Below are positions 18,501 to 29,500 of a stretch of 64,000 nt of DNA, piece after piece. A program made the position numbers and the translations under genes. Source of the DNA: a virus (taxonomy: Duplodnaviria > Caudoviricetes); IMG/VR virus record IMGVR_UViG_3300042452_000698, positions 24,531 to 88,530 of that record; one strand, written 5' to 3'. Numbering within the stretch: position 1 is the stretch's first letter; every line of letters starts with the position of its first letter. The notes under the pieces are model-generated. The model was given only the letters and a program-made list of their open reading frames with translations. It was not told where the DNA came from and did not search any database.

Positions 18501-21500
18501 CATCGGTAAAGCTAGATCTTCCAACCCATTGAGAAGAAAGAAACTTTATTCTTGAACCTCCGTCACTAGATTTTGATACCATATTAACATAAAAATTAAT
18601 ATTTTCATCGTTAGCAAATGATTTATCTAATCCAGCATTATATAAAACTGATTCTGATTCTGTGAATAATCCAGCAATTGCTATAATTTTAGAGTTATAT
18701 AGTGATTGCTCAACACTAAAATATGCTTTATCTGAAACTTGTTTTTTACCAAATGTTTGTTCTGAAAATGGTGATGCAAGTATTTGTAAAATTCCGCTTG
18801 TTCCATCTTGAGGTTGTGGCTGTATAATATTATTAGAACCAATTAAGTATTCAGCGTCTACTTGATCATCTATTGACCAAATAAAGCTAGTAGATTCACC
18901 AACGTCATTTTCATCGAATGTAACAAACAATGAATTTGAAGTATATGTTTCTGTTGAATATGTTGGGCGTGTACCATATACTGGTCCAGATGATGGAATT
19001 ACAATAGTTTCTATTTGTTTTTTAGCAGCAGCTAAAATTGGAATTGGCTCTTGATTTTTTCCGTTGACGCGAGAGCTTGCTAATGATTTCTTTGTTTCTT
19101 CTTCGTCGCAATTGCATAGAGGCGTAAAAGTGCTAAAATAAAATGGAATATTTACAGCATATTTTTCTCTTCTTCCTCCGCAACCGATACAATATTTATA
19201 CCATTGCGCTCTCAAATCTCCAGCGTTTTTAATTGGTAGTTCGCACTTAGTATTAGCGGTTGGTAGTGTAACCACAACCTCATTACCAAGATCAACATTT
19301 TCTGAGGAGCATGAAGAATAAATAACTTTATCTTTTAATAGTGGAATATTATCAAAATTTGTTCTTATATCTGCAACACCGTGAATATTAACATTTGTTT
19401 TTGAAATATATGTTGGAGTTGAATTATCAACAAACGTTGGTATTCCCAAAGATTCGTTATCTAAACAGGCTTCTAATTGGTTTCTAGCTGGGAACAGTTT
19501 CATTCTTGAATCTAATTCTTCTAAAATTTTATTAACAATTTCATTAGATTCAGAGTATACTCCACTACTTTCCCAAGTTGGGTCATTTCCAACAAGAACA
19601 AGATTTCTATCTCCGAGAGATAACCATTCAACAATATTATCTAATACTTCATTACTTAATGCGTCAACAGACGGCGTGATAATAAAAGCTAATCCAGCAT
19701 CTTGTGGTATATTGACCTGAGAAAATGGTGTTACTTCAAAGTTATTGTCTTGAAATATTGTTGGTAAATAGTTAAAGTGTCCAGAGTCTTCTGGTAGACC
19801 TAATTCTTTTTGTAGATTACCAAATTTACCATATTCGATAACTTTATTATGTGGATAATACTTTCTAGATTCAAAAATTCTAACTGCGCCAGCATTAACA
19901 TTTGACCTCCAAGCTGGAGTAATTATGTTGGTATTTAAGCTAGTATCTTCAGTGTTCAAATATCCAAGATTCTTATAATAAACCCTAGCGTCATCCCACT
20001 GATTAAGACTATCTGTTGGCGCACCAAACGCAACTATACTTCCGTCATCATTTACGGCAGCGCTATATCCAAGTCTAGCTGTTGGCGCAAACTCATCAAT
20101 TATAAAGTTCCACTTTGATTTTCCAACAAAATTTCCTTGATTATAACTAAGTACCTGTTTGTATTCTTGAATATTTAGATACTTTCTAGCTTCAAATTTT
20201 TCTGTTGATGTTAGTTTTGAATATAAAATCTTATTACTATAATCATACCCATATTTTGCAACCCAAGAATAGTAATCAGAAATTAATGTTGCATATCTTC
20301 CAACTCCTCCAGTAATAGAACTCTTATGAGCTACCCAAGATGATATTTCATTAAATATTCTATCTTTTTCTGACTGCTTGTACTCAAAGACTTGGCAAGA
20401 ATCTGAAATATATGGAGATCCAATAGCAATTACTTCAGTATTGTCGCTAATAGCAATAGCGTGTCCAAATCTATCTGGATGACTGTATGTAATATTAGAA
20501 GATTTAATTTCTTGAACTAGGTTCCAATATCCGCTTTCTTTTTCGAAAATAAAGACTTTACCACCACTATCTGGTGGATAGTTAAATTGTGAAAGATTTT
20601 CATTGAATGCGTCTTGACCAACTCCAGATGTAAAAAATCTAACTTGATTATCTTGTAATAATCTTCCAGTATCAAGAACATAATCAAGCATTGAGTTTGC
20701 TGCATCAATCCAGTGCGATGGGGCCGAAACGTGTCTTACAACAGCGCCGGAAGATGGTGTATTATAAAAATCTCTTAATCCACTAGCAAAACTATAACTT
20801 TGGTAATAGTTAATGAAATTATTTAGTGATGAAACTTGTCCATCAATAGCGTTTCGCATAGATCTTGTATTATCAACATAAATTCCAAGCATAGCCGGAA
20901 TGTTATTATTAATCTTTGTTGAGTCATATGGAAATGCTGAATGGAATGCTTCTTTTATGCCGCTAAGTATTTTTTCATTTCTTTCAGCGGTGATAAAACC
21001 TTGATTTCTAGATATTGTTCTTTTTGTTATAAAGTCGGTTTGTGGGCTTTCTAGCGGTATTCTATTTGAATAATCAGATAGTGGCTCACAAATAATAATC
21101 TTGACATCAAATGAAACTGGTGGATCTGAAAAATACTTAAATATTAAATCTTTGTTTTGTATTTTAGATAAAATGCTTGTATAATTATCTACATATGCTT
21201 GTCCAGTTGGTGATCTTCTAGTTACATTTGGAGTAAATTCATCTGTAAAAATTAGTAAGCCAACTTGAACGCCAGAAGTTTGTAATTCTTCAAGAGGTCT
21301 TGGTGTCCACTTAGAATTTGGTCCACCAACAACAATAATTTCTCTTTGATTTTCTTCGAAAGATTTAATTCCAGAATTAACTCCTATTGCAACGCTGTGT
21401 CCAAACTCTCTACCCTCTTGTCCAACTTGCCATAGTCTTTCTGTTATTGGTAAAGGTAAAGGTATATTACCAATGGTGTTTGTGTATCTTGGCACAAAAT

Positions 21501-24500
21501 AATCTTTTAACATACCAGATGGTAATGTTAATTTGGTTTCTAGCGTCCAAGGAGACTTGTGTTTATCAACGGGCCAAGTGTTTCCGCTTGGTCTAGCTTC
21601 TCTTCTGTATACAAATACTGCCCCGGCATCCTCTAGAATTCCACTAGTTAAATTATTACTCTCATCATATTCATAGTATACTAAGTCATGTTTTGGTGCG
21701 CCAACAACCATTAGATCATTTTTAATATCTCCACACTTTCCGTATTCGTCTGTTGGCTGTATTTCATTATTTAGTAAACTTATTCCAGAATATCCAACAT
21801 AATCGTTAGATCCATATTCTACTTCTGTAAATTCAAATGGTAATTCTATCGGCCTATTACTACCAGTTTGTGCTTCTATAACTATTGAGTATGGTGACTG
21901 TGGTAATAAATTATCATATTTTCTAATACCGTAAAAATGCCCACTATATCCAACTTCTGTTCTAAATCCGCTGGTTTCTAAATTTGTATACGTATTTTGC
22001 GGTCTGAATATTCCACCGTCAACACAGCTTTCTGGTGGGCTATATAATATTGAATGAGATTCTACAATGTCTTCTGCACAATTGTTTTCGGTTCCACATT
22101 CGCCAAAACAATCTAAATCAACGCCTCTAATTTCATCGTTAGCATCTAAATATGATTCTTGATTGTCTAAAGTTGTTATATCTTTTCCAACATTCTCTGA
22201 ATTCCAAGATATTGTTTCTTGCTTGTTTAAAAGCGGATTTGCTGGATAATTTATGGTATATAAAGATAATCCACTAGCAATAAATTCTGCCGCAGGAACG
22301 CCATTTAAATATAGTGGTAACGCTGAATTTTGGGATAGCGGATCTTTGTAAAACCCATTAATAAATAAATTTGTCGTTGCTGATGGAAATGAATTTACCA
22401 ACTGTGGTATAGAATAAACATAAAAACCAATACTATTATTTAAATATTCTACTTGTGGTTTATTAAAAACTGATAGCACTAACGAATTTAATGCTGATTG
22501 ATCAGCAAGAAGATTTTGAGTAAACAGCGCTAAATTATTTTCTGCAAACTTATCTGTTCTTCCAGAAATATATGTAAATAAAGCTTTATTATGTGAACCT
22601 ACATTATGACAATATAGTGGAATATTATTATCATGGATATAAGCACCAAAAGAATAAAAAGATAATGCGCCAGACACAAGTGGAATTGCTTGTCCACTAG
22701 AGAACATATTTAACGAATCTACTACAAAATCAAAACCTTTTGTATGTAAATCTAGTGAAGATAGTGCTTTTAGTTCTCCGCTAGAAATAAGATTTATTGT
22801 ATTATTTTCATTTAGTTCTTTTACTATAGCTTTAAGACCAACATTAATAGAATCAATTCTTATTTTTGACTTGAAGGCTTGTCCAGAGGGATAAACCAAG
22901 TCATATTGTAAGAACATATCATCTATGTCTTTAGAATAAAACTTCTCATTAAATTCTGTAATATAGGTTTCAGAATCAAAACTTGCCCAAGGTTCTGAAG
23001 TATCAATTAAATCATTATATGTAAATTTACTTGATATTTTTTGTACGCATCCAGATGGTTGTAAATAATGAATAGCTCTATTAATAAGACCCCAATTAGT
23101 TTTACTTGGTCTATCAACCGGTTCCTTATTTTTAGTATATAAACTAACTATAAGTTTTGGACCGATTTTTCCATCTGACCAAGAAATATCATTATATGTG
23201 CTGTGTGTTATAACCGAATCAACAACAAGGGCGTCTTCCGTAAAATTATATCCTCTTGGAATAGTTTTAGATATTCTTGGAACAACAGAATGAAATCTTG
23301 AAGTATCATCATTATCTTGAATATCACTTAAATAGAATCGTAAAAAGTCATTTTCTATTTGTGTGTGGTAAGCCAAGCCAGAAGCATAAATATTAGATGG
23401 TAATGGTAGATTAATTATTTCTGAATACGGCCTACCATCATGCGTCAAACTGTGGAAAATATAATCTTTGCCTTCTCTCCTAAGTAAATGATCAAAGTCT
23501 GGAGAAAACGCGCATGTATTAAAATCTCCTATTTTCCAAAAAGAAACATTTTCATCAACATATGAATATAAATCATTGTTTAAAAAGCTATTTACAGTGG
23601 TTTGTTTAAGTAGCCTATTTGGGTTGCTGCTAACTATATTTCCACTAGTTGATATTCCTATTTCATGAATAAATAAAGCGTTGTCATAATTGCTATCACC
23701 AAAAACTAAATCTGAAGTAGAAGTTGGTAAGGATTGATTTAAAGATATTAGTAAATCGTTAGTATTGTTTGTTTCATTTTTATGATAAAGGTTGATTCTT
23801 GGCTCATTAGAATTATATGTTAATAATAGTGATAGCGGGTAGTTAACACTCGTAACATCTAGTAAATCATCAAAAGAGCTTGCTCCAACAGATAAAACTA
23901 ATTGCTCTGTAGAGTTATCAATATAGAGAGCAAAAGAAGAACCCTTTGATACTATAGTATTTTGAATGTCGTTATTGTAATCATAGTTTGGAGAAAATCT
24001 TACATATAACGCGGCGCCGCTAGAGAAAGATGTATTACTAAAACTTAGCGTTCCGCTGTTTCCACCAACTAAAATTGCTGAATCAAATGAGTCTGTAATT
24101 TTTTCGTGTAGAGGATCTCCAACCTGCGTCCAATCTATAGTAGTATAATCTGTATTATGAGTAAATAGCTGTTCATCTTTAAATCTCCATCCAATATTCT
24201 TTAAAACATTTAGTGAATTACTAAAATATCCACTATTAGAATAGTTATCTGATATTACAAAATTTCCACTTATATTTGTAAAATCATAATATCCATTTAG
24301 GAATGGCTGATCAGCCTCTGGATTAAAGAATGAAAAATCAAACTCATTTGGATTATATGGGCCATAAACAATATTTCCATCAACACCACGCCATCTTCTA
24401 GCATAATTTGTTTTTGATTCTAAACTAAATGCATTTGGAATATTTGTTATGTATGATCCAGAAGCATTATCAAAAACAGGATCTAATAATTTTTTAGCAG

Positions 24501-26568
24501 ATGGCTTTAATACTAAATCTCTAATTGCCATATCTTGTAATGATGGTCTTCCAAGGGTGTGCATCATTATAGCATTCGATGGCTTGTACTTAATTATTAA
24601 TTGTGCTGAAGATATAGCCGCTCCACTTGGTAGATTATAGATATCTAAATATAGATTTTCAAAATATGAACTGTTATTATAGTTATTTGATATTTGAAGT
24701 GGAATTATATATTCTTCAAACGATGTTCCACTAATTATTGGTAATGTTGATAATTTATAGTGATCTCCAGCACTATTTGATACTAAATTAAATTCTTTAT
24801 ACTGGTCTTTATCGGAAATAGATTCTGATGATATTCCAAATTCATCGGTTTCAAAAAATCCAGAAGATAATGGAATAACTCCAGTTCCTTCTTGAAGATT
24901 TTGTAAAAATGCATCTAATTTAGGAGTAATATTTAGAATTTTATCGTCACTCCAGCCAACGATATCTAGAGCATAATCTCTTGTTCCGGGAGATTTTTTA
25001 GCAATAACTTTAAGACTTATTTCATCTACTATGAAGAAATTGTCTTGTGCTTGAACAGCTTTTAGCGTGGCGGCTTTATAAGAATCGTTGAACGATGGGC
25101 TAAAGTATCCATCGGAAAGTGAGTCTACGGTTTCTGGCGGTTTATGACTAAACCTTAATGATAATCTTCCACTGTCATTTTCTGGGTCTGTATATACTAA
25201 TTTAATATAATTTAGTGGTGTTGTATCTTGTAGTTTAGATGTTAATACTCTACTTCCAGAAACAGATGTATTTCTTGCAAAATTACCAAGATCATCTAAA
25301 GAAGACTCCCAAACGCCTTGGGACTGTGGATAAATACCTAGATCTGTATCACTGGTTATTACCTCTACAGGAAGTATATTTCTTATTAATCTATTTCCTA
25401 TGGCGTTTACTTCTGTGTAGAATCTTAGATAATTGCTATTTATAGCACCATCACCGCCGCTATTAGCAATTTCTATAGCAGATATTCTTATAGAATTAGT
25501 TGGATTTAAGGAAAAATTTTGAACCTGTGTTGATAGTGGAGATCCGTCAAAAGATAAATAACTATTATTAGAAGAATTAACAAAATCTAGTTTACAAGTA
25601 TCTTCATAGCCCTTATCAAACCCTTGAGAAAATGGATCATCCAAACAATCTATTGCAAAATCTATATTTAAGGTATAGCCACTTGGCTCATTCATTAATG
25701 GGAAATTAGTATCCCAAGTATTTAGTTCAAGATTATTTATTTCTGGTTCTGAAATATATGTTGCAAAGTTTACATAGTCAGTATTATAATCAGCATCTCC
25801 CCTAAGAATAATATCTTTATATTTAATGATTAAGTTGCCAGAAGGATCTTCTAGCTTAATATTATGAAGTCTATATTGTGGAGGAATATCTGATGAATAG
25901 TTTGAAACTGGCGCGGCTGCGCGAATAAAAAGAAAACTTTCTTCTATGCTATTTGGCCTTGTGACCTCAAATTTATATCTAAAATCTCCCTTCGTAAGAA
26001 TAGAAGATGGTTGAATATATGACTGTCTTTCGTCTGAGATTATTGAACCATTGCGAGTTGGTGTAACATAATCTCCAACGTAAACGCCCTCATCAATATT
26101 ACTATATAGATTTGTGCTATTTAGGTTCTTATCTACAAAATAGCTATTATTTAAAGATGTTACTATATCTCTAATTGGGAATAGCTTTTGTGTTGATAAA
26201 AATCCGTTTAAGCCTTTTATTTTTTCTGTGTTACCACCAAACTTATCAACTTTTACATTCTTAAAAGAACTAACAGAAGTATTTTTAGAAGATAATGATA
26301 AAGAACATTTGGTCTTTGATCTAATTGCTCCAATACCAATATTTTTAGATATTAGATTTGCATTTAGTTTTGTTTTTGGCAAAACGTTTGCTTTGGCTTC
26401 ATTTTTAGAAACTATTAATACTGATTTAGATACTTTTGGAATTATATTACCAACAAAGTTTACTTTTGATCTAATGTCATGCGAAACATTGATTCTACAC
26501 TTAAGTCCAGAAGTAGACTTAATTTTAGATTCTTTTTTTGTTTCACAGTTTAAGCAAAATGTAGCCAT
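15511..26568 (-). CDS. Giant virion protein (3685 aa) with FG-GAP-like propeller repeats and a ConA/LamG-like domain
   Basis: About 7 repeats of FG.SVA...IVVGAP...G.VFIF (e.g. DRFGHAIAISDNTEVIAIGSP, DLFGYSIALHNNKLIVGAP, DQFGLSVDIDSDIIVVGAPG). LamG-like IVSKGSSFALYID segment. Directly follows the TMP. Confidence 0.7.
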   Translation of the reverse strand: MATFCLNCETKKESKIKSTSGLKCRINVSHDIRSKVNFVGNIIPKVSKSVLIVSKNEAKANVLPKTKLNANLISKNIGIGAIRSKTKCSLSLSSKNTSVSSFKNVKVDKFGGNTEKIKGLNGFLSTQKLFPIRDIVTSLNNSYFVDKNLNSTNLYSNIDEGVYVGDYVTPTRNGSIISDERQSYIQPSSILTKGDFRYKFEVTRPNSIEESFLFIRAAAPVSNYSSDIPPQYRLHNIKLEDPSGNLIIKYKDIILRGDADYNTDYVNFATYISEPEINNLELNTWDTNFPLMNEPSGYTLNIDFAIDCLDDPFSQGFDKGYEDTCKLDFVNSSNNSYLSFDGSPLSTQVQNFSLNPTNSIRISAIEIANSGGDGAINSNYLRFYTEVNAIGNRLIRNILPVEVITSDTDLGIYPQSQGVWESSLDDLGNFARNTSVSGSRVLTSKLQDTTPLNYIKLVYTDPENDSGRLSLRFSHKPPETVDSLSDGYFSPSFNDSYKAATLKAVQAQDNFFIVDEISLKVIAKKSPGTRDYALDIVGWSDDKILNITPKLDAFLQNLQEGTGVIPLSSGFFETDEFGISSESISDKDQYKEFNLVSNSAGDHYKLSTLPIISGTSFEEYIIPLQISNNYNNSSYFENLYLDIYNLPSGAAISSAQLIIKYKPSNAIMMHTLGRPSLQDMAIRDLVLKPSAKKLLDPVFDNASGSYITNIPNAFSLESKTNYARRWRGVDGNIVYGPYNPNEFDFSFFNPEADQPFLNGYYDFTNISGNFVISDNYSNSGYFSNSLNVLKNIGWRFKDEQLFTHNTDYTTIDWTQVGDPLHEKITDSFDSAILVGGNSGTLSFSNTSFSSGAALYVRFSPNYDYNNDIQNTIVSKGSSFALYIDNSTEQLVLSVGASSFDDLLDVTSVNYPLSLLLTYNSNEPRINLYHKNETNNTNDLLISLNQSLPTSTSDLVFGDSNYDNALFIHEIGISTSGNIVSSNPNRLLKQTTVNSFLNNDLYSYVDENVSFWKIGDFNTCAFSPDFDHLLRREGKDYIFHSLTHDGRPYSEIINLPLPSNIYASGLAYHTQIENDFLRFYLSDIQDNDDTSRFHSVVPRISKTIPRGYNFTEDALVVDSVITHSTYNDISWSDGKIGPKLIVSLYTKNKEPVDRPSKTNWGLINRAIHYLQPSGCVQKISSKFTYNDLIDTSEPWASFDSETYITEFNEKFYSKDIDDMFLQYDLVYPSGQAFKSKIRIDSINVGLKAIVKELNENNTINLISSGELKALSSLDLHTKGFDFVVDSLNMFSSGQAIPLVSGALSFYSFGAYIHDNNIPLYCHNVGSHNKALFTYISGRTDKFAENNLALFTQNLLADQSALNSLVLSVFNKPQVEYLNNSIGFYVYSIPQLVNSFPSATTNLFINGFYKDPLSQNSALPLYLNGVPAAEFIASGLSLYTINYPANPLLNKQETISWNSENVGKDITTLDNQESYLDANDEIRGVDLDCFGECGTENNCAEDIVESHSILYSPPESCVDGGIFRPQNTYTNLETSGFRTEVGYSGHFYGIRKYDNLLPQSPYSIVIEAQTGSNRPIELPFEFTEVEYGSNDYVGYSGISLLNNEIQPTDEYGKCGDIKNDLMVVGAPKHDLVYYEYDESNNLTSGILEDAGAVFVYRREARPSGNTWPVDKHKSPWTLETKLTLPSGMLKDYFVPRYTNTIGNIPLPLPITERLWQVGQEGREFGHSVAIGVNSGIKSFEENQREIIVVGGPNSKWTPRPLEELQTSGVQVGLLIFTDEFTPNVTRRSPTGQAYVDNYTSILSKIQNKDLIFKYFSDPPVSFDVKIIICEPLSDYSNRIPLESPQTDFITKRTISRNQGFITAERNEKILSGIKEAFHSAFPYDSTKINNNIPAMLGIYVDNTRSMRNAIDGQVSSLNNFINYYQSYSFASGLRDFYNTPSSGAVVRHVSAPSHWIDAANSMLDYVLDTGRLLQDNQVRFFTSGVGQDAFNENLSQFNYPPDSGGKVFIFEKESGYWNLVQEIKSSNITYSHPDRFGHAIAISDNTEVIAIGSPYISDSCQVFEYKQSEKDRIFNEISSWVAHKSSITGGVGRYATLISDYYSWVAKYGYDYSNKILYSKLTSTEKFEARKYLNIQEYKQVLSYNQGNFVGKSKWNFIIDEFAPTARLGYSAAVNDDGSIVAFGAPTDSLNQWDDARVYYKNLGYLNTEDTSLNTNIITPAWRSNVNAGAVRIFESRKYYPHNKVIEYGKFGNLQKELGLPEDSGHFNYLPTIFQDNNFEVTPFSQVNIPQDAGLAFIITPSVDALSNEVLDNIVEWLSLGDRNLVLVGNDPTWESSGVYSESNEIVNKILEELDSRMKLFPARNQLEACLDNESLGIPTFVDNSTPTYISKTNVNIHGVADIRTNFDNIPLLKDKVIYSSCSSENVDLGNEVVVTLPTANTKCELPIKNAGDLRAQWYKYCIGCGGRREKYAVNIPFYFSTFTPLCNCDEEETKKSLASSRVNGKNQEPIPILAAAKKQIETIVIPSSGPVYGTRPTYSTETYTSNSLFVTFDENDVGESTSFIWSIDDQVDAEYLIGSNNIIQPQPQDGTSGILQILASPFSEQTFGKKQVSDKAYFSVEQSLYNSKIIAIAGLFTESESVLYNAGLDKSFANDENINFYVNMVSKSSDGGSRIKFLSSQWVGRSSFTDAYPDSQLHGVFLDNGNFIEYSDTIYSYDDVCWIANPKNIPNDIELTAIKSWLSIGNKKLIVTHDSSIEQMNIANSLFDLLGSDIESLYLPVDDVYVRIRLNQENYIRLNPNHPISIGYNDAITSIQQINFTGLNSIEFISFKLNNNIIPIAYYGGPVYDTEVITNGYWSINSQAKVSFPAIAGSGYKIFINTKSDNEYESQTLNVSTQNVSISPKIPYPTFPIDIYQDFASTRSVSFNAQVKENKNTIDFYITSYVPTISNVDGYIPKTPKLISISGVPIGIKENIATSTYSVNVQTGYENYLISNGEPERIVTREFFDFIKNKNTQYCQEDCLDSGFDDQLIADGPVIVAQEQEHITSFNAGYNRSRITLIADSSLVQGRYLGDDQGRIPLSTLNFISSLYPQTNFASANAGRQFNQQTKIVAPERGSPQKYLSLVSNSGLSNKFAGSIPSKQPNLFNSIESHYDPRYVIYPLDPWDISDDEISIESKKNAARQAFMLQETNFGAKSKFTEVVDGTLYKDINIYGGLPQLLKDKGYDHIDFNKLPSGYPGDLFGYSIALHNNKLIVGAPFTAFSDEIINPWQQYIDGGSSSGIELSYNGGAGSVFVFEKTFSGSGLHGTLTPWEFIQKLRPSSVNIGQDIYDGNGSGVLGTHNYGSGYLANNSIITDQFGLSVDIDSDIIVVGAPGHDFNNKYINTSGSFIRKEFNEEFYIPQRIVTDLGSSGIRLQNSGNALLNNGSIFTFENKIIDWSTKDKKWTFVEKIVPVSGCDNQNFGSIVSIDRLFRTDADYTVFAGSNSGIYSSGSSYSYDIMLRQPPPSIPSPEAFIQAKVFGERDSAGNPNVFISVQNSGENNQKYFASGTIFSDNKGQIFIEVSGQDPAIKGFISHRPFIKSIDGQYTFGTPNNGNITLYTNGSNFINQNLHIFTSVDDKAIVYNSLGLYNSAIIDFATNLPSGFILYTNCPDPVEINNSGLTLYASGIGSQSDKLNLRIRGKA

Positions 26569-29500
26569 TTATATAACGCCTGTCATATTTCCTTGTAGTC
26601 TTCCGCCCTCTACTACTTTGTAATTTTTGATCTTTTCCCCAACTTCTGTTAAAATCTCTTTTTTAATTTGTCCAGCTAAACTTGATAAGAATGTTCCACC
26701 AGACAAGTTAACGTTTATGTTAGTAGTATCTAATTTAATTTGGAATTTTGTATTTTGTAAATCCTTAATATTCTTGGTAAGATTTGTATTGAAATTATTT
26801 AGTCCATTAATTAGGTCTGATACTAGGGCTGGGTCTATGCTAACTCCTTGGCCGGTTGCAACTCCACCGTTTTGCAAATACTGTACTTTTCCACCATTAT
26901 TGTAATATCTAACTGATCCACCCTTAGAAAGACCGGCAGAGTTTGCTCCACTATTAATAGCTCTTAATAACTGTAAATTATTTCCTCTATTTACAGCAGC
27001 ACGATTAACAACAAATTCTCCGGGAGTTAACATTGCTGGAACGGTATCGGTTCCGCGAGGCACAAACATTCCATTATTTGCATACACGGTTCCACCTCTA
27101 TACATTCCAGCAGCTATTCTTCCTCTTTGTTCTATGTCTTGTATAATAAATTCACCCTTTTGCACATTAATTGAAGCTGTATTTAGCTCCATTTGTGCCA
27201 TATCAACTCCAGCTTGACCAGTTTCCGCTAATACTCCACCAAGTTCTCTAATTGTTGCTCGTCTAGCTTCTTCTTCTGGTGTTGTTCCAGCAAGTGATCT
27301 TGCTGCTCCAGCATCAGTCACTCCTCTGGCTCCTAATGCGGCGCCAGCGGCCATTTCTAATAATCCTCCGGGACCACCAAGCTGCATTCCAAATATTTCT
27401 TGGACGCCAGCGGCTTGTTGTCTTTGTATGTTTTCAAATGCTCCAGCTAGTGCGGTCGCTCCAAATTGATTAATAAGATCTTGATTGCCGGTTGATATTG
27501 CTGCTGTAGCTCCTACCGCAGCCTGTTGCTCAAAGAACTTATCAATATCACCTTTAATTAATGATTCTAGAGACTCTTTTTCTAGTCTATTCTTTTCTTG
27601 AACAATCTTTAGTTCTTCTTGTTCTAGCTTGATTAATGATCTTATAGTATCAACTTGTTGCTTATATGCTTGTTGTAAATCTTTTTGGTTTTCTGCTGCT
27701 TGTACTCCACCAACACCCTCTAAGCCACCTTCCGTTCTTGATCTTTGCTCAAATCTTGCTGCTCCAGCAACCATCTCTACATTTCTTCTTCTTAATTCTG
27801 CTGCGCTTCCAGTTCTTAAACTAGATAGTCCAACTCTATCTCCTTGAGCATTAGATTTACCTAATATTACTGATCTTCTTTCAGCTTCGCTGACAGCCCT
27901 ACCTCCAGCACCAGCTTGAATTTCTCTTCCTTCTAGATATAAATCTAAAGCCTCTTGTTGTGCTTGAACAAGGTTTCTTTCAGCGTCTATTCTTGTTTTA
28001 GTTAGATTTATTAGTACTTGTTCTGCTTTTTGTCTTTCTTGTGAAATTTTTACTATATCTTCAAGTTGCTTCTTACCAGCTTCAGTAATTTGATCACCAA
28101 AAGCAGAAAAATCACCAGTACTAATGAACTTATCTATATCTTCTGGATTTAATTTTAGATTATCTAATATAGATGTAAGATTTTTCTTTGCATCGCCCTC
28201 AAGACCAGAAGTTAACTCATCAATAAGAGCTTTCCTAACATCATCTGCGCTGTCAGCGTTTGACTGTCCAGCTTGTAGTCTTGCTTGTAGGTCAGATCTA
28301 ACTTTAGAAAAAGACTTATTATAATTTTGTTGAACCTTAATAAATCCTTCTGTGTTTGCTCTAAACTTTTCTGGATTAACTCCCATTTTTTCTAAATTGC
28401 TTGCAACATCATCTATTGCGGCCTTGATATCTGCTGGATTCATTGCTTGGGCTGCGCTTCCAACAGCCTGAGATAAAAATTCTGCATTAGCAACAAATGT
28501 GTTTCCACCAACTTCTAATCCGGCAGCAAACCTGTCCATGCTAGCACTCATTGCGGTTGCTGTTGCGGTTGGCCCCCTTAAACCAAGATTCATGGCATCA
28601 AATGCAGCTTTAGCTCTAGCAACCTCTTTTTCGAGATTTTTCATCTCGTCATCAACTTGCCTTATTTCTTCTCTTAGTTGCTTTAATGCTTCTTCTGCTG
28701 CCTTTGCTCCCTCTTCATCTCCAGCACGACCTAACCTATTTACATCGCTGCTTAAAGTTTGTAATCTAGCTAATTTGTCTCCAGAAGTTCCAACTCCCAG
28801 TGCTTCATTTCTAATTTCTTCTGCTGTTTTTCCTCTAGCAAAACCAGATCTTATTGTAGCTGATCTTGCTGGAGATTCTAGAGCAAATGCTTCTGATTGG
28901 AATTTAGAAGCTTGACGAATTTGTTCTGCGCTTTGTTTTCCAAGGCGCTCGTTTCTTTGTGAAACGGATTCAACACCTCCAAAACTCAAGAATGATAAAA
29001 TATTTCTTCCAACACCGCTAACTCCACCGCCTCTATTTTCAAGATTTTTTGTTGCAAAATCACTAGCGCGTTTTTCTTGATTGTTAGCTTCGTCTGTAGC
29101 CGCTCTAATTCTAGATAAAGCTTCTGACGCTGTTATTGTTCCATTTTCAAAATCCTGCATTGCACTGGTTGCTGTTTTTTGTGCTTGCTCAAGAGCTTTT
29201 TGCGTTTTAACAGCGCCAGCCTGAGATGCGGCCAGTGCCTCAATACTATTTAAAGTATTACCACCAAAGAATGTTCCAAGACCAATTGCAAATTTTTTAA
29301 TTAATGGACCAACAACTGGAAGTTCACTTCCTAATTTCAACAATCCAGCCGTTGCCGCCCCAACAGCAATTCCATACGGTCCAAAAAATGCGCTCGCGGC
29401 TATAATCGATGAACCAAGACTATTTACAGCATCTGCCCCAGCGGCCTCTACAGCGTTTGATTTAGCTTTCTGAATATTGCCTTCTTGAATAGCTTTATTT

